Of a DNA stretch of 64,000 nt, positions 38,094-48,172 are shown in pieces. The notes under the pieces were generated by a model that was not told the origin of the DNA, ran no database searches, and saw nothing but the letters and a program-made list of their open reading frames with translations. Made by a program: the position numbers and the translations under genes. Numbering within the stretch: the first letter of the stretch is position 1; each line of letters opens with the position of its first letter. Source of the stretch: a virus. Where the stretch lies: positions 32,001-96,000 of the IMG/VR virus record IMGVR_UViG_3300045988_145033; one strand, written 5' to 3'.

Positions 38094-39137
38094 ATGCTTA
38101 TAATTCCTAGAAGTATAAGAAATACAAATGACACTTATGGTAGTGGATACTTTGGAACTTTAAAAGTATCCGTTGATAATACTAAGCAAATGTCTGAGAT
38201 AGAAAAGAAGTATGCACCTTATATAGCGAAGATGAATACTCTTGTTAAAGAAATAGATACAGAAATTAAAAAGTCTGAAAGAAGAGCAAAAGAAATACTT
38301 GAAGCTTTTCCTAAGAAAGTTGAGATAGAAACAGAGTCTACAAAAAATAGAGTTTCTTTATACACAACTAAGATGAATGCTTTAAAGACTATTATGGGTG
38401 CTATAAAAGAGATTAAAGAAACTGAAATGAAAGAGCAGAAAATGGTTTATGATATGACAGGGAAGAATGTAGATATTAAGGGTGGTAATGTCAATATGAA
38501 AGCAAACATTGCATCTTTATATGATTCTAATATAACTTCCGCTCCTAGAACTATACACTCTTTGCAAGGATATGGTAAACCAATACCTTCAAGTAATGGA
38601 GAATTTGTTCCTAATCCTACTACAGCACAAAATGTAGATAATAGCGATATGGTAGAAGAAGGAGCAATGGAAGAAAATTACTCAAGAGATGTAAAAACTG
38701 ACGGAGCTTTCACTTCTTTATTTGGGAAAGTAGAAACTCCTGATAGTTCTAAATATATTCAAGGTAATAATACTATGAAAGATTACGAAAAGGTTGATAA
38801 TAGATTCTCGTATGGTGCTGCACAAACTGGACTTAAAGCTAAGTATTTAGAAGATACAGAAGTTAAATGTCATTGGGACGATGACGAGAAGATAGGTTGG
38901 CTTAGAACTTATTCAAAAGACACAGGGAATATAGTATCAGAAGAAGCCTTTATTTCACCAGCATATCACGGAGTTTTAAATAAAATGGTATCAGGAGGAC
39001 TGACTTATGCTATATCTGAAACTGATGATACTTACTCTATCGTACCTGATAAAGTAGACAATGCTCCTATAGCTATAGTAGATGATTTACTTGAAACTTA
39101 TAAAAGACAAGATTTAAGAGATAGACTTAAAAAATAA
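38094..39137 (+). CDS. hypothetical protein
   Basis: 347-aa ORF; SD AAGGAGG. Confidence 0.7.
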   Translation: MLIIPRSIRNTNDTYGSGYFGTLKVSVDNTKQMSEIEKKYAPYIAKMNTLVKEIDTEIKKSERRAKEILEAFPKKVEIETESTKNRVSLYTTKMNALKTIMGAIKEIKETEMKEQKMVYDMTGKNVDIKGGNVNMKANIASLYDSNITSAPRTIHSLQGYGKPIPSSNGEFVPNPTTAQNVDNSDMVEEGAMEENYSRDVKTDGAFTSLFGKVETPDSSKYIQGNNTMKDYEKVDNRFSYGAAQTGLKAKYLEDTEVKCHWDDDEKIGWLRTYSKDTGNIVSEEAFISPAYHGVLNKMVSGGLTYAISETDDTYSIVPDKVDNAPIAIVDDLLETYKRQDLRDRLKK

Positions 39138-39158
39138 ATGGTGGCGTGACGCCACCAT
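39137..39158. terminator. bidirectional hairpin aatggtggcg-tg-acgccaccat between convergent genes
   Basis: perfect stem. Confidence 0.55.
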
Positions 39159-39159
39159 A

Positions 39160-39471
39160 TTATTCTTCGACTAAATCAGCATTTGACTTATCTAAATCAA
39201 ATCCAGCATCTTTTAATACTCTTTTTAAAAACTCGTATCTTTCTAAATCAAACTTATCTAAAAAGCCTTCATCTTCGTTTCTTATTTCCATAGCATCAAG
39301 TACCCCTCTTACAACAGCTTGTCCAGCTATTTGAAATTCTGTATAGGGCAGTTGTTCTAGTGATTCTACAATAGTTGCTACAAGAGTAGTTATCTGCGAT
39401 AGAAGTCTTACATCGAACTTATGATTTATTTTTGTTGCTTGTGATGGCATATTAAAAACGTCCAGTTTCAT
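39160..39471 (-). CDS. hypothetical acidic protein
   Basis: 103-aa ORF; SD AAGGAGAG overlaps the end of the upstream 50-aa ORF. Confidence 0.65.
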   Translation of the reverse strand: MKLDVFNMPSQATKINHKFDVRLLSQITTLVATIVESLEQLPYTEFQIAGQAVVRGVLDAMEIRNEDEGFLDKFDLERYEFLKRVLKDAGFDLDKSNADLVEE

Positions 39472-39473
39472 AG

Positions 39474-39626
39474 TTATTTCACTCTCCTTAAAAAAAATAA
39501 AGGATGTGCAGTCCCTTATCTTTTGGTTTATAGACTTATGATAATAAGAACTACTACCATAAATCCAAGTCCGACAGTTACTACTTGGACTTCACTGTCA
39601 GACAAAATTGATTTTAAGTGTTTCAT
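39474..39626 (-). CDS. unannotated 50-aa membrane peptide (MKHLKSILSDSEVQVVTVGLGFMVVVLII...)
   Basis: ATGA overlap with the upstream 36-aa ORF; SD GGGAGGTAGAAT. Confidence 0.45.
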
Positions 39627-39733
39627 ATTCTACCTCCCATAATCGCGTGTGCGATAGAATACAAAATTATTAGGACAATGATGATAAATACTGAAAACAT
39701 CTTGTCCTCTAAATCTAAATGTGGGGCTTTCAT
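39623..39733 (-). CDS. unannotated 36-aa membrane peptide (MKAPHLDLEDKMFSVFIIIVLIILYSIAHAIMGGRI)
   Basis: ATGA overlaps at both ends; SD GGGGTGG. Confidence 0.45.
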   Translation of the reverse strand: MKAPHLDLEDKMFSVFIIIVLIILYSIAHAIMGGRI

Positions 39734-39948
39734 ATAGTCCACCCCACTACAATTAAACTAGCAAAGAATGCACATACAGAAAACAAACCGAAGTACATTT
39801 GTTTTCTTATTGCATCCTTTCTTTTACGAGCTACTATTTTTCTTCTAATAGCTCTATTCGCTCTGCATTCTTCAGAATGTTGATATGCAGAACGAGCTTT
39901 GTTGTAATTGGCATTTATTTCTTTTTCAAAAGGAACGTCTAGTCTCAC
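39730..39948 (-). CDS. 72-aa basic protein with a C-terminal TM segment (GTG start)
   Basis: its GTG overlaps the TAG of the upstream 47-aa ORF (TAGTG); the listed 84-aa ORF begins at a TTG with no SD. Confidence 0.45.
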   Translation of the reverse strand: MRLDVPFEKEINANYNKARSAYQHSEECRANRAIRRKIVARKRKDAIRKQMYFGLFSVCAFFASLIVVGWTI

Positions 39949-40091
39949 TAGAACCACGCTCCTTTCATTGAAGCTATTGCACAAGCAATTATTGCTATAG
40001 CAAAAGCTCCTAAAGAGATGATAGTACCATAAATGGTATCTAACTCTCTTTCTCTTTCCTTGTTATAAATTTTCTTTTCTTTCTTTTTCAT
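39948..40091 (-). CDS. unannotated 47-aa protein with a basic N-terminus and one TM segment (MKKKEKKIYNKERERELDTIYGTIISLGAFAIAIIACAIASMKGAWF)
   Basis: ATG at 40089-40091 preceded by GGGAGGTAAAACT; first gene after the conserved class A leader. Confidence 0.5.
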   Translation of the reverse strand: MKKKEKKIYNKERERELDTIYGTIISLGAFAIAIIACAIASMKGAWF

Positions 40092-40095
40092 AGTT

Positions 40096-40190
40096 TTACC
40101 TCCCAAGGTATTAAATTTAGACGTCGGAACTCTTAAGCCCTCTTAAGTTTATTCCTTATCTCTACTTTTATTATATATAATTGAAATGAA
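40096..40190 (-). promoter_or_regulatory. class A promoter plus conserved leader, copy 3 of 3
   Basis: see 6125-6215. Confidence 0.55.
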
Positions 40191-40203
40191 AAATGCAGAT
40201 ATT

Positions 40204-40713
40204 TTACAACTTTTTCTCAAGAGTTGCTTTAAATGATTTTGTACGTTCCTTTTCCTTATATCCAAGCTTCTCATATAGACTTCTCGCTTCGGTATTAAAG
40301 TCGTACACATCTAGCGATATAGTATTACAACCCTTTTCTTTAGCATAAACCGATGCTACATTCATAAGACGAGTCGCAACACCTTTTCCTCTTGCTTCAG
40401 GGGTTGTCCATAATGCACGAATATAACAAGTTCTCTTTTCTCTATCAGCTCTTATTTCTATAAATCCTACATAGACTGAACTTATAGAAGTCTTAAGAGA
40501 TGCTAGAAATACTGTACTATAATGAGTCTTAAAATCCTCTTTTATTCTATCAAGAAGGTCTCCCTCATCTTCTAAAGGAAAGGATACTCTATCAGCGTGA
40601 TACTTATATATTGCGTGATGAAATTTTAATAGTGTATCGCTATCTTTTATATTTGCTTCCCTTATTACTATTCTCTCAATCATATCATTTTGTGCTTCAC
40701 CGTATAATATCAT
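40204..40713 (-). CDS. GNAT-family N-acetyltransferase
   Basis: motif A ARGKGVATRLM and a typical C-terminal YEKLGYK. Confidence 0.75.
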   Translation of the reverse strand: MILYGEAQNDMIERIVIREANIKDSDTLLKFHHAIYKYHADRVSFPLEDEGDLLDRIKEDFKTHYSTVFLASLKTSISSVYVGFIEIRADREKRTCYIRALWTTPEARGKGVATRLMNVASVYAKEKGCNTISLDVYDFNTEARSLYEKLGYKEKERTKSFKATLEKKL

Positions 40714-40721
40714 AATATCAC

Positions 40722-41285
40722 CTAAAATATCTTGTCTTTATAAAAAGACATTCTTTCTCTTAATATATCAGCATACTTTGTAGAATATTCTTTTTGCTTA
40801 TCTACAAGCTCTTTTTCTTTTTTGTCCATTTTAAACCAATCATCAGAACGTAAGAAAGTTTCAAGTGCTACAACTCTTACAGATATTTCATTATACTCTT
40901 CTTCCAGTTTTTTAACTTTCTTTTTATACTCTTCATTATCGGCTTTCATTTTAGTTCTATCTTCGCTATCATAAGATAAAGATATTTGCTTCACTTCATT
41001 TATATTAGCTATAAGATTTATCATCTCATCAGCTATTATACCCTTTTGCTCTTCCGTTAGCTTTACATTGTGAACTTCATCTTTTTCACAGTTATTTTCT
41101 ATTACAGATGATATAGCAGATGATAGTTTAGTAGCATTTTCTTCACCTTTTATAAACTTTGCTATTTTAGCATCTTTCTTTAAATCCTTTTTTACATAAT
41201 CACTTACTGCGATTATAAGTCCATTTATCTTTTTCTTTTCAAGTCCTTTATTTATTATAACCTTTAATTCATTTTTATCTGCCAT
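40722..41285 (-). CDS. hypothetical coiled-coil protein
   Basis: 187-aa ORF. Confidence 0.65.
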   Translation of the reverse strand: MADKNELKVIINKGLEKKKINGLIIAVSDYVKKDLKKDAKIAKFIKGEENATKLSSAISSVIENNCEKDEVHNVKLTEEQKGIIADEMINLIANINEVKQISLSYDSEDRTKMKADNEEYKKKVKKLEEEYNEISVRVVALETFLRSDDWFKMDKKEKELVDKQKEYSTKYADILRERMSFYKDKIF

Positions 41286-41305
41286 TTATTGCCTCCTTTA
41301 TATAA

Positions 41306-41446
41306 TTAAAACTCGTCTATCTTTATTGTATTTTGTATAAGTTTATTTTTACCTTTACTTTCCTTTAAAAGAGTAGAACCTTTTATAAATTTCTTATTTT
41401 CTTTACTCTGTTCTAATAAGCCTAACTTCTTTTTATATTTGCTCAT
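41306..41446 (-). CDS. unannotated 46-aa basic protein (MSKYKKKLGLLEQSKENKKFIKGSTLLKESKGKNKLIQNTIKIDEF)
   Basis: SD AAAAAGGAGACAGT before the ATG. Confidence 0.4.
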   Translation of the reverse strand: MSKYKKKLGLLEQSKENKKFIKGSTLLKESKGKNKLIQNTIKIDEF

Positions 41447-41470
41447 ACTGTCTCCTTTTTCATATTAAAA

Positions 41471-41489
41471 GGCAGGGTTTCCCCTGCCA
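41471..41489. terminator. hairpin ggcaggg-tttcc-cctgcc
   Basis: GC-rich palindrome directly after the stop of 41495-42154. Confidence 0.5.
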
Positions 41490-41494
41490 TATAT

Positions 41495-42154
41495 TTATTC
41501 TTCCCATGGATATTCGTCGCCGTCACTACTTTCGTAATCTTCTTGAATTTCCACTTTCTTATTACCATAGTTTGCACTATTCTTTTTAGCTAGTTTTTCT
41601 TGGTGAAAACTCATAACTGTAGAAGTACCATTAAGTATCGCTTCTAACATATTTACAAATGTATTAGTTTCAGATGGTCCACCAAGTCTTACCATATCTT
41701 CCATTCCACCATCACTTGCAAATAGTTTTACTCTATTTGTATCCATAAATGGACATATGATTTTAGAATTTTGTATAACTTGTCCGTCTACTACCGAGTA
41801 TATAGCTGTACCAGTTACATACTTATCTTCTACATTCATTCCAAGAATTCCAAATGCTGTTTCTTTTCCTTGCATTACAAACTCAAATGGAACTTTATCT
41901 ACCATTTTCTTTCTAGCTTGTCTTACCATCATAGTTAAATCTTCAAAATCATTATTAGAAATGAAGTGAGATTTCTCAGGTTTTTTAGCAAAAGGACCTT
42001 CTTCAGTTCTTTTGTAAACTGAGAATAACATTCCTCTTTCAAATAATTTAACACTCATTCTTTTACAATTTTCAATTTCCTTTGTAAAAAATACAAATGA
42101 GATAAGGTGTGTTGATACTAAATCTTCCGGATTTTTCTTTTGTTGTTCTGCCAT
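41495..42154 (-). CDS. hypothetical protein
   Basis: 219-aa ORF. Confidence 0.7.
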   Translation of the reverse strand: MAEQQKKNPEDLVSTHLISFVFFTKEIENCKRMSVKLFERGMLFSVYKRTEEGPFAKKPEKSHFISNNDFEDLTMMVRQARKKMVDKVPFEFVMQGKETAFGILGMNVEDKYVTGTAIYSVVDGQVIQNSKIICPFMDTNRVKLFASDGGMEDMVRLGGPSETNTFVNMLEAILNGTSTVMSFHQEKLAKKNSANYGNKKVEIQEDYESSDGDEYPWEE

Positions 42155-42202
42155 TTTTAAGCCTCCTATTTAAAATTAATCTAAAGTCGTGTTCCTAATT
42201 CT

Positions 42203-44737
42203 TTAGATTTTTTGTATATTTATCTTATATGATTTATTCTTATCATATTCTATATTAACTATTTCTGGTATTACAGATGGGTCATCTGGGTCATAATTTG
42301 CTTCTATGTATTGATAGTCTGAGTTGTAACCATTTATACCTACAAACTCTATCTTTGTAACGTCAACTATATCATCTCTTACCTTTCTTATTAAATCTGA
42401 TACGTGGAAAGTCTCATCATTTATAAAGTCTATCTTAGAGAAGTAATCTCTTATATAATCCTTCACATAGTTCATATCTACTGTAGCATTATAAGCAAGA
42501 GCAACTTTGAAGTTTAAAGATATATTAGTTTTATCAAGTCTTTCATTATCATTTCCGATAATATGGTTTTTAGAAGTACCATACGTGTTTGCAAACTTTA
42601 AAGTTGACACGAAATTAGTTTGAGTTTCAAGCCACTTAGTATGAATATAGTCCATTTGAGCATATACATCATTGTATACAGTATACCCATTATTTTCTAC
42701 ATAATCATATCCAAATAAAGGGATAGATAAAAGTTTTAACTTATTAGCATCTATATCTTCTATTTGTACATATGAGTTATCTGTATACTGTCTTATAAGT
42801 GATATATCATTAAGTGAGAATACATTTATAAGTCCTTTTCCTACTATATTAGGAACACCATAATCACTTGCTTGAACTGTATCATTCTCTTGGTCATCTT
42901 GTACTATTATCTTTATAGATTTAAAGTTTATCTTAGTTGTAACCTCATTTAAAACTCCCGCATTCATAAGTTTTAAATCTATTTTACCATCTCTTATAAA
43001 GTATGCTGTTTCTATCTCAGCTTCATATAAATACATATCATTCTTTTCATTATACGATTTCATGACACAAGGAATATAACCTATATAGTTTGTATCTTCT
43101 GCTTGGAAAGATACATTTATCTTAAGTATTCCTTTGTCATTTATTGAACCGTCTGGAAGCTTTTCGTGAAACTTAACTAAGTCATCTTTATTTTCAGATG
43201 CTAAATTCGTCATAATATTAAAGTGAAGCTTTATATTTCCTTTAGGTTCTCTTGTTATATACACAGCATTTGCCATAAATGAATATTTCGATTTATCATA
43301 GTTATATTCAAACTCACAAACTGAACGTCTATCTATATAAGTTTCATAAGTTTCTACAACTCTTTTGATTCTATTTATAATATACAGTAAAGATGGTGTG
43401 TAATCAAATATGTCATTTGTTTCTTTTGTATCCCTGTGAAATGCTGTATCAGAACCAAGCGGTGCACGGAAATGTGCCATTTCAGGAACTTTATACCAGT
43501 TATCAAGCTTCTCAAGAGTTGATATATCTATAAGACAATTTAAAGTATTAGTAGGAACTAAATACTTGTCATCTACGGTTGTAAGAGGAGCAAATATAGA
43601 ATATACTCTCATCTTCCAATCATCACGAGTTTTTATAACTTTATAATTCTTTTTATTTGCTGAGAAGTGTAAAGATAAATCATAGTCTGTAATTAGTGAG
43701 TTTCTTGTGTGAAGTGAATCTATTATCTTCTTTCTTAAAGATTCTAAATCATCTTCATCAGAACCCGGAGTAGAATACTTCTGAGCTGTATCTGCTGTTA
43801 TATAAAATGGTAGTTCTTCTCCGTCACTATCTTCTACTATTATATCATCACCGATATATTCAAAGTTTGCTTCCTTACCTTTTGTAAGATACATAGAAAG
43901 CTCTATTATGCTATCTCTTACAGGTACGAAATTTCCTCTATATCCGCGATTTGTAAGAGTTATTTTATTTTGGTTCAAATCATAGTATATAGTAGGTTTA
44001 TCAGGAATTGACTTATCATAATACATAGACTTCTGAAGTCTTTTGACTTCATTTGTAAATTCAGACACTCTATAATATGGAGTAAAATCTATAAGCTCAT
44101 CTTTATAAGTTATAGGATATACGTCAGTTGTAGAATCTATATAACGATAAGTTTCTATCTGTCTTTTATATTGATAAAGTATTAAAGATAGTATCATTCT
44201 CTTACCTTGCTTTATAACTTTTATATTTGGATTTACTACTTTAGATATAGGATTATATAAAGCTTCTTTATCATATCTTGCAGTTATAGCCATTTGACCT
44301 TCTGGGTCATATATTTGTATATTTATAGGATAATCAAGAGAATATATAAATTTCCCTATCTTTACTTCTAAAGTGTGAGGTATAGTATATCTGTAAAGTT
44401 TAGGATTTATTCTTTCAGCATTTTTAAGTACATCTTCTATAAATATTGTAAATGTAAATACACGAGAAGAAGGTGTAGCTAGTTGAAAGGATACATCTGC
44501 AACTTTATTCCACTTAAATAAACTATCTTTAAACTCAGCAGTTACTGGAAACATCTCACGAGAAGATATATAAGATGAATATGATACTATATCATATAAT
44601 TCTCCCAAACCTTGAGTTTGATAAAAGGCTGTAGATAAAGCGTGTACTCTATCAGGGGGTAAACCTAAAGTATCTAAAACCACAGCCATAGATTTTAGAA
44701 ACTCCTCTTTTGTCGAGGTAAATTTATCACTTAACAT
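42203..44737 (-). CDS. hypothetical protein (844 aa), possibly structural
   Basis: long ORF with strong SD. Confidence 0.7.
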   Translation of the reverse strand: MLSDKFTSTKEEFLKSMAVVLDTLGLPPDRVHALSTAFYQTQGLGELYDIVSYSSYISSREMFPVTAEFKDSLFKWNKVADVSFQLATPSSRVFTFTIFIEDVLKNAERINPKLYRYTIPHTLEVKIGKFIYSLDYPINIQIYDPEGQMAITARYDKEALYNPISKVVNPNIKVIKQGKRMILSLILYQYKRQIETYRYIDSTTDVYPITYKDELIDFTPYYRVSEFTNEVKRLQKSMYYDKSIPDKPTIYYDLNQNKITLTNRGYRGNFVPVRDSIIELSMYLTKGKEANFEYIGDDIIVEDSDGEELPFYITADTAQKYSTPGSDEDDLESLRKKIIDSLHTRNSLITDYDLSLHFSANKKNYKVIKTRDDWKMRVYSIFAPLTTVDDKYLVPTNTLNCLIDISTLEKLDNWYKVPEMAHFRAPLGSDTAFHRDTKETNDIFDYTPSLLYIINRIKRVVETYETYIDRRSVCEFEYNYDKSKYSFMANAVYITREPKGNIKLHFNIMTNLASENKDDLVKFHEKLPDGSINDKGILKINVSFQAEDTNYIGYIPCVMKSYNEKNDMYLYEAEIETAYFIRDGKIDLKLMNAGVLNEVTTKINFKSIKIIVQDDQENDTVQASDYGVPNIVGKGLINVFSLNDISLIRQYTDNSYVQIEDIDANKLKLLSIPLFGYDYVENNGYTVYNDVYAQMDYIHTKWLETQTNFVSTLKFANTYGTSKNHIIGNDNERLDKTNISLNFKVALAYNATVDMNYVKDYIRDYFSKIDFINDETFHVSDLIRKVRDDIVDVTKIEFVGINGYNSDYQYIEANYDPDDPSVIPEIVNIEYDKNKSYKINIQKI

Positions 44738-44747
44738 TTATTCCTCC

Positions 44748-46679
44748 TTATTTCTTAATATAGTCTACGACATCATTATAAGTATTTTGTACAGAATTTG
44801 CGTATCCTGTTACTTTATCTTTAACAGCTCCCGCCATACTTTGTGCTTTAGAAACCGCCGCATCATATGCTCCAGACGCCGTATCCATACCTTTATTCAT
44901 AAGTTTTTCAGCCGTTCCTCTTGGGTCTTTTATAGCATCTAGTATACCACCAGTTACAGTTTTAAAGAATCCGTCTTTCTTAACTACTGTAGCTTTAACT
45001 TTAGGTGCAACTTGAGCTGATGAGAATGGTACAAGTTTATATCTTCCTGTAGCATTATCATATATTACTTCAGCACCATTAGTCCAATAGTATTGTAAGT
45101 CTCTGTCTTCTTTTGGAAGCCACCTGTCATAATATTTTTTAGGCACATATCTTTTTTGCATTTCGTTAAACTCATACAAAGCATTTATATCAAATGGCTT
45201 AAATACAGAAGACGCAAAAGACACAGTTATTTCTCTTATTTCTCTATTTATCATACCTTGATTTGAAAATACCGAAAACGGTATAGTCTTAGGAAAGTTT
45301 CCTACAAGTTTTGCCCAGTATGTAATAGATAAGTCATCTTCTTCTGTACAGAATATAAATATAGGACAGCTATAACTCATTCTATTGGCAACTGTATCAT
45401 CTGGGTGCTGTATTATAAGTCCGTCTTTAACTCTATCTATATATGTAACCCAAGCGTATATAAGCTTAAATGCTTCTGCTTGTCTATCCATAGCAAAAGT
45501 CAAGTTTATTGGTATATTTATCATAGATGAACCGTACGATATCCCATACTCTTGAGCTGAACCATATCTATTCGCAGGAGAGTTAGAAACGTCAAGAGAA
45601 GCATCTTGGAATGATATTCCAACTATTCTATTTTGAAGAGATGTCATCCAAGGAGTAGCACCGTCTATTCTTCCATTAAGTTGTAAGAATAAATCGTAAT
45701 CTCTTAGAATGAACTCAGCAAGGTTATAGTCATTTCTTACACTTTCTGCAAGTTTATTTGTATCTTCCTCTTGCAAGTTACAAGTAGGCTTTCCTATAAA
45801 AATATGAGTTCTTGTATGAGCAAGAGTATTATCTATAAGTGTAACACCTAGCCTATTTACGAAGTTACGTTCCAAATCTTTACCTTTTGATATATTGCCA
45901 GTCATACCATAAGAGTTTTTAATAGTTTCTGCAAGAGATGCAAAGGTATCATCTGAGAATATATCAAATCCGTCATATGAAGGATATGAAGCCGCAGGAG
46001 AATATCCAGAAGCATTCCAGAATCTTTGGAAGGCGTCTATTTTAGGTTTTCCTGTTGTCTTACCATTCATAGCTCCAGCTTCTCCCCAGCCACTTAGTGA
46101 AGCACCACGAAGAGCAGCCATAAGTTTATCCTTATCGTCTTTATTTCCTGAAAGTCTATCCATATCTTGAGCATCAGGTCCTGTATATATTTCATGATAA
46201 GGGTCTCTATTTTTAAGAAGTTCTGATTTCATAGAGCCTATAAGTCCACCAAATGTACTATTAAGTGCCATACCTAGTGGATTTCCTAAGAAATTATTTA
46301 TTTTACCTAATATTCCTCTTTGCAGTTTTGACTCTATCTTTCCTATGGTTGAGTTAATTTTATTATTTATTCTTTCTTCGACTCCACCTACTACACTATT
46401 TATTCTACCTTGAACTAAACCTTCTATATTTGAACTTCCGGTTCTTATGGCATTATCTACAGCACTACCTATACTACCTATGGCGTTATTAACAAAGTTA
46501 CCCGGTATCTCTTGAGCATTTTGCCATACTTCATTTAATCTATCAGTACCGAAGTTTGATTTAAGCTTATTTGCGTAAGTATCATATGTCTCTTTTGCTG
46601 TCTCTTGGTTCTTTTTAAACTGTGCCGTTGCGACGTCAGATAAACTTCCACCAGCTGATTTTTGGTTATCATCTGCCAT
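44748..46679 (-). CDS. hypothetical protein (643 aa), possibly structural
   Basis: long ORF; SD AAAGGAGGTTTTACA. Confidence 0.7.
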   Translation of the reverse strand: MADDNQKSAGGSLSDVATAQFKKNQETAKETYDTYANKLKSNFGTDRLNEVWQNAQEIPGNFVNNAIGSIGSAVDNAIRTGSSNIEGLVQGRINSVVGGVEERINNKINSTIGKIESKLQRGILGKINNFLGNPLGMALNSTFGGLIGSMKSELLKNRDPYHEIYTGPDAQDMDRLSGNKDDKDKLMAALRGASLSGWGEAGAMNGKTTGKPKIDAFQRFWNASGYSPAASYPSYDGFDIFSDDTFASLAETIKNSYGMTGNISKGKDLERNFVNRLGVTLIDNTLAHTRTHIFIGKPTCNLQEEDTNKLAESVRNDYNLAEFILRDYDLFLQLNGRIDGATPWMTSLQNRIVGISFQDASLDVSNSPANRYGSAQEYGISYGSSMINIPINLTFAMDRQAEAFKLIYAWVTYIDRVKDGLIIQHPDDTVANRMSYSCPIFIFCTEEDDLSITYWAKLVGNFPKTIPFSVFSNQGMINREIREITVSFASSVFKPFDINALYEFNEMQKRYVPKKYYDRWLPKEDRDLQYYWTNGAEVIYDNATGRYKLVPFSSAQVAPKVKATVVKKDGFFKTVTGGILDAIKDPRGTAEKLMNKGMDTASGAYDAAVSKAQSMAGAVKDKVTGYANSVQNTYNDVVDYIKK

Positions 46680-46712
46680 TGTAAAACCTCCTTTTAATTA
46701 TAATTTTTAAAC

Positions 46713-46733
46713 TAAAGGGCTGTTTTTCACACT
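46713..46733 (-). promoter_or_regulatory. class B motif (sense GTGTGAAAAACAGCCCTTTAG)
   Basis: motif family member. Confidence 0.45.
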
Positions 46734-46741
46734 TTTGCGAC

Positions 46742-46772
46742 AAAAAAAAAAATGGTGAGGATAAACCCCACC
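46742..46772 (-). terminator. rho-independent terminator, third copy of the ggtgagg/ccccacc element
   Basis: identical to 3781-3812. Confidence 0.6.
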
Positions 46773-46779
46773 ACTTATA

Positions 46780-48105
46780 TTATATTAAATACATAGGACC
46801 GCAAACATTAAGCCAGAAGCCTGCTGTAGTTTCTACATTTATATTAGGAATAGCAAATCCTCTTGTAGCTTTCTCTACACTTTGTAGATGTGTTAAAAGC
46901 TCTTGCAAATTCTTCTTTATATTAGAACCTAAGTTACTATCAATAAATATTATACGTGCTTTTTCTTTCACAATGACATCTGTTAGTCTAGCTACATCAA
47001 AATCTTCTTCTACTGCATATTCTACATAATCGTAATCGTACTTGTATTTAGATTTAAGAGCTTCTCCTCTTTTAGTTATTATAATGGCAGTATCTAGTTT
47101 CTTAGTATAGATATTTATTATGCTATCTATACTATTAGCACTTTCACAATCATATCCTACAACTTTAACGGTATTCAGCCATTTTATAAACTTTTCATAT
47201 CCATCAATTTGTATATAATGTTCTGTAGATTTACGATTAGTTGTGAAGAAGTTAAATATAGCCATTATAGTTTGTCTATTTGTTACATATGCGATTTTAG
47301 GTTCAGTGATATGTAGAACATGAGTTATAAACTCATCCATTGTGAATTTGATTCTATCTAATACATTTCGATTATCTATATAATGTACAAGTTCTATGTG
47401 TCCTTCATCGTTCATAAACACTATATCGAAGTTATTTTCTTTACCGTCCACAACCTTTATGTCTATTTCAGGCAGTATAACACAAGAAGCTGTCATCTTT
47501 CTTACCGCTTCTCTTGCTTTATCTTGAGATTCTTTAAAAGCTACTCCTTTTACTCCTGCCATAAAGTCTCTAAATCTATCTCCTACTAGAAGCTCTCTTT
47601 GATAAGTAGTAACCTCAGGAATTTTAAATCCGTTATCTATTGCTATATGTTGTAAATAGAATACATCTTGTAAGTTCTTCATAAATCTTGCAACCATAGC
47701 GTGAGCTTCAGGAAGTTTTTCTTCATCACTATCAGCCACAAGTTGTGTAAGATATCTCATAGTCTCAACCGAAGTTTTGCTGAATGCAGTTTTTGTGTAT
47801 CTATTAGTTGGAGCATTTTCAAGACATCTTGCACAGTTTTCTAAAAACTCTACAGGATTTTGATAGACATTAAATTTAGCAGTGCTGTCCATCATTCTTT
47901 TGATTCTTTCTATTTCCTCATTATATTTCATAACGTCACTTAATATATGCGACATATGATATATAAAGCAATAGTCATCAAAACTACCATCATTTTGATG
48001 TAAAACAACATCACATCTTATAGGAGAATCTGCTGCTCCTACCACTAATTTACTCATACCTATTGTCATAAATTTCATTCCATTTTCTTGTCTATATTTT
48101 ACCAT
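46780..48105 (-). CDS. hypothetical protein
   Basis: 441-aa ORF. Confidence 0.7.
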   Translation of the reverse strand: MVKYRQENGMKFMTIGMSKLVVGAADSPIRCDVVLHQNDGSFDDYCFIYHMSHILSDVMKYNEEIERIKRMMDSTAKFNVYQNPVEFLENCARCLENAPTNRYTKTAFSKTSVETMRYLTQLVADSDEEKLPEAHAMVARFMKNLQDVFYLQHIAIDNGFKIPEVTTYQRELLVGDRFRDFMAGVKGVAFKESQDKAREAVRKMTASCVILPEIDIKVVDGKENNFDIVFMNDEGHIELVHYIDNRNVLDRIKFTMDEFITHVLHITEPKIAYVTNRQTIMAIFNFFTTNRKSTEHYIQIDGYEKFIKWLNTVKVVGYDCESANSIDSIINIYTKKLDTAIIITKRGEALKSKYKYDYDYVEYAVEEDFDVARLTDVIVKEKARIIFIDSNLGSNIKKNLQELLTHLQSVEKATRGFAIPNINVETTAGFWLNVCGPMYLI

Positions 48106-48144
48106 TTTTCTTCCTCCTTAAAATTTTTAAAATATAAAATAAAA

Positions 48145-48165
48145 GGGTGAGAACAACTCTCACCC
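48145..48165. terminator. hairpin gggtgag-aacaact-ctcaccc
   Basis: 7-bp stem. Confidence 0.45.
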
Positions 48166-48172
48166 ATATAAA

